From NCBI GenBank assembly GCA_963828255.1, contig CAWHDZ010000003.1, forward strand, positions 218,250 to 282,249: a stretch of DNA of 64,000 nucleotides, in the 5' to 3' direction. Source of the DNA: an uncultured delta proteobacterium (GTDB lineage Bacteria; Myxococcota; Myxococcia; Myxococcales; Anaeromyxobacteraceae). A program made the translations under genes and the position numbers. Positions 62,323-64,000 of the stretch are shown here, piece by piece. The notes under the pieces are model-generated. The model saw only the letters and a program-made list of their open reading frames with translations, ran no database searches and had not been told where the DNA came from. Numbering within the stretch: the first letter of the stretch is position 1; each line of letters opens with the position of its first letter.

Positions 62323-64000
62323 GGAGGCGGCGCGCCCTGGTTCTGGCTGAGTTCGAAGCGGGAAACCGCCTCGGCCAGCGACTCGAACGTCGGCGGAATG
62401 GTGGCGCCCGCCGCGTCCAGGGCTGCCACCACCATCTTCCAACCCTTCTCCCGCACGTTCACGACCCAGAGCTCGATTCCCTTGGCGGCGAGTTCCTCCC
62501 GCGCAGCGCGAAAGGCCTCGGCGGCGGTGCTGTCGATCCCGGACGAGGCCGTCGCATCCAGGACCACGACCCGGAGCCCCTCGCGGCCGAGGGCGAGCCG
62601 CTTCATCTCGTTCGACAGCACCCTCGCGTTGAGGAACACCAGCGGAGCGTACTGGCGGAGGATCAGCATCCCCGGGACCTCCGCGGCGCACGAGTGCTGG
62701 TCCACGTCGACGAACGCGCCCGACGGCGTGCGCCCGACCACGGCGACGGCCGGGCCGTGGATGTCGTGGGCGAGCTTGAAGAGCGCCAGGGCGAGGCCGA
62801 TCATGACCCCGGGGATGATGTCGAACGCCAGGACGCCGGCAAACGCGGCGACGCCGACCGCAAACTCCCAGCGGCGAACGCTCCAGAGCCGCTTGAAGTA
62901 GCCGAGGTCGGACATCCCGGCGAGGGCCACGACCACGATGGCGGCGAGCGTGGCGAGCGCGACGTGCGCGAGGGCGGGAAGCAGGAAGAGGATCGTCAGG
63001 ACGCTGAGCAGACCGGCGAAGAGGTTGCCCACCTGGGTGGTGCCTCCCGTGTCGATCCGCACCGCGGTGGCCGAAAGAGAGCCCGCGACCGGATAGCCCC
63101 CGCTCAGGCCGGCCGCGACATTCGCCGCGCCGATCGACAGCAGTTCCCGATCCGGGTCGATCGGCTTGCTGCCCGGCTCGGCGGCGTGGGCCCGCTTCAG
63201 CGCCCCCAGGCTCTTGGTGTAGCCGAGGACCACGATCGCGAGTGCGCCGGGAAGCAGGTCCACGAGCTGGTCGAGCCGTGGAAGGGAGGTCATTCCGAAG
63301 CCCGAGGTTCCCGAACCGGCCACGTCCACGACGGCGACCCCGACCCGGTCCAGGCCGAGCAGCCGGACGAGGACGGTCGACGACGCGAGCACGACGAGCG
63401 GGCCGGGGAGCCTCCGGGCGAACCTCCGGAGGAGCAGGAGCGCGACCACGCTGGCCACCGCCACGAGCATCGTGGAGCGGTGGGCCTCCGGAAGGACCCG
63501 CGCGGTGGCGGTAAGCCTCGCGGGAAACCCCACGGACGGCGACAGGCCGACCTCGATCCCCATGAGGGCCGGGAGTTGCTTGAGAATGGTCACCCAGATC
63601 GCACCCTCGACGAACCCCTTCAGGACGGGATCGGGGATCAGGTCCGCGATCCACCCGACCTTGAGCAGGAAGAGCGCGACGTACAGCACCCCGATGAGGA
63701 GCGTGAGCGTGAGGATCAGCGAGAAGCGGTCTCCGTCCACCGCCACACCGGCAACGGTCGCCGCGGTGAGCACGACCACGGCCGCGTCGGGCCCCACCAC
63801 GAAGAGCCGCGAGCCACCGAAGACCGCATAGGCGAGGAGCGGCAAGGGGAGGGTGTAGAGGCCGACCACGGGGTCGACGCCGAGAATGCCGGAGTACGCG
63901 AGCGCCAGCGGGACGAGCACGGCCCAGACAGCGGCGCCCGCGACGAGGTCGCCTGGAAGCCAGGCCCGTCGGTACGCCGGCAGCCATTCCAGGATCGGCA
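62319..64000 (-). CDS. SulP family anion permease with STAS domain (start beyond window end)
   Basis: DLVAG...VPLALAYS...GLY, FGGSR, DRELL and C-terminal STAS IDSTA. Confidence 0.92.
   Translation of the reverse strand, partial: PILEWLPAYRRAWLPGDLVAGAAVWAVLVPLALAYSGILGVDPVVGLYTLPLPLLAYAVFGGSRLFVVGPDAAVVVLTAATVAGVAVDGDRFSLILTLTLLIGVLYVALFLLKVGWIADLIPDPVLKGFVEGAIWVTILKQLPALMGIEVGLSPSVGFPARLTATARVLPEAHRSTMLVAVASVVALLLLRRFARRLPGPLVVLASSTVLVRLLGLDRVGVAVVDVAGSGTSGFGMTSLPRLDQLVDLLPGALAIVVLGYTKSLGALKRAHAAEPGSKPIDPDRELLSIGAANVAAGLSGGYPVAGSLSATAVRIDTGGTTQVGNLFAGLLSVLTILFLLPALAHVALATLAAIVVVALAGMSDLGYFKRLWSVRRWEFAVGVAAFAGVLAFDIIPGVMIGLALALFKLAHDIHGPAVAVVGRTPSGAFVDVDQHSCAAEVPGMLILRQYAPLVFLNARVLSNEMKRLALGREGLRVVVLDATASSGIDSTAAEAFRAAREELAAKGIELWVVNVREKGWKMVVAALDAAGATIPPTFESLAEAVSRFELSQNQGAPPP

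Overview
High-GC bacterial DNA. Gene content and style suggest an Anaeromyxobacter-like member of the Myxococcota (inference). Bases 1-40300 are mostly housekeeping: ctaA (partial), ttcA, deoC-deoB, metY-moeZ, an ArsA-pair/ParA/PhaR-like cluster, tatA, rtcB, MATE and MFS pumps, ruvC-ruvA-ruvB (interrupted by an antisense lipoprotein gene), a rhomboid protease, lpxC, a frameshifted RegB/RegA-type two-component pair, a nickel/cobalt ECF operon with a NikR-type operator, and an IorAB-type molybdoenzyme. From about 40300 the region looks accessory. It holds an Rdx/SelW selenoprotein gene that the ORF track misses (CxxU motif, with a SECIS-like hairpin), a patchwork of stress-gene remnants (histidine kinase pieces, catalase fragment, CsbD, cupins), an intact XRE-HTH/peptidase M15 fusion gene, and three sigma54-type promoters that share an upstream GAACGT-N6-ACGTTC palindrome. 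A large DUF1254/DUF1214-sulfatase-amidohydrolase-SulP cluster follows. No rRNA, tRNA, CRISPR array, integrase or transposase was recognised. Family assignments come from motif recognition by eye, not from database searches.
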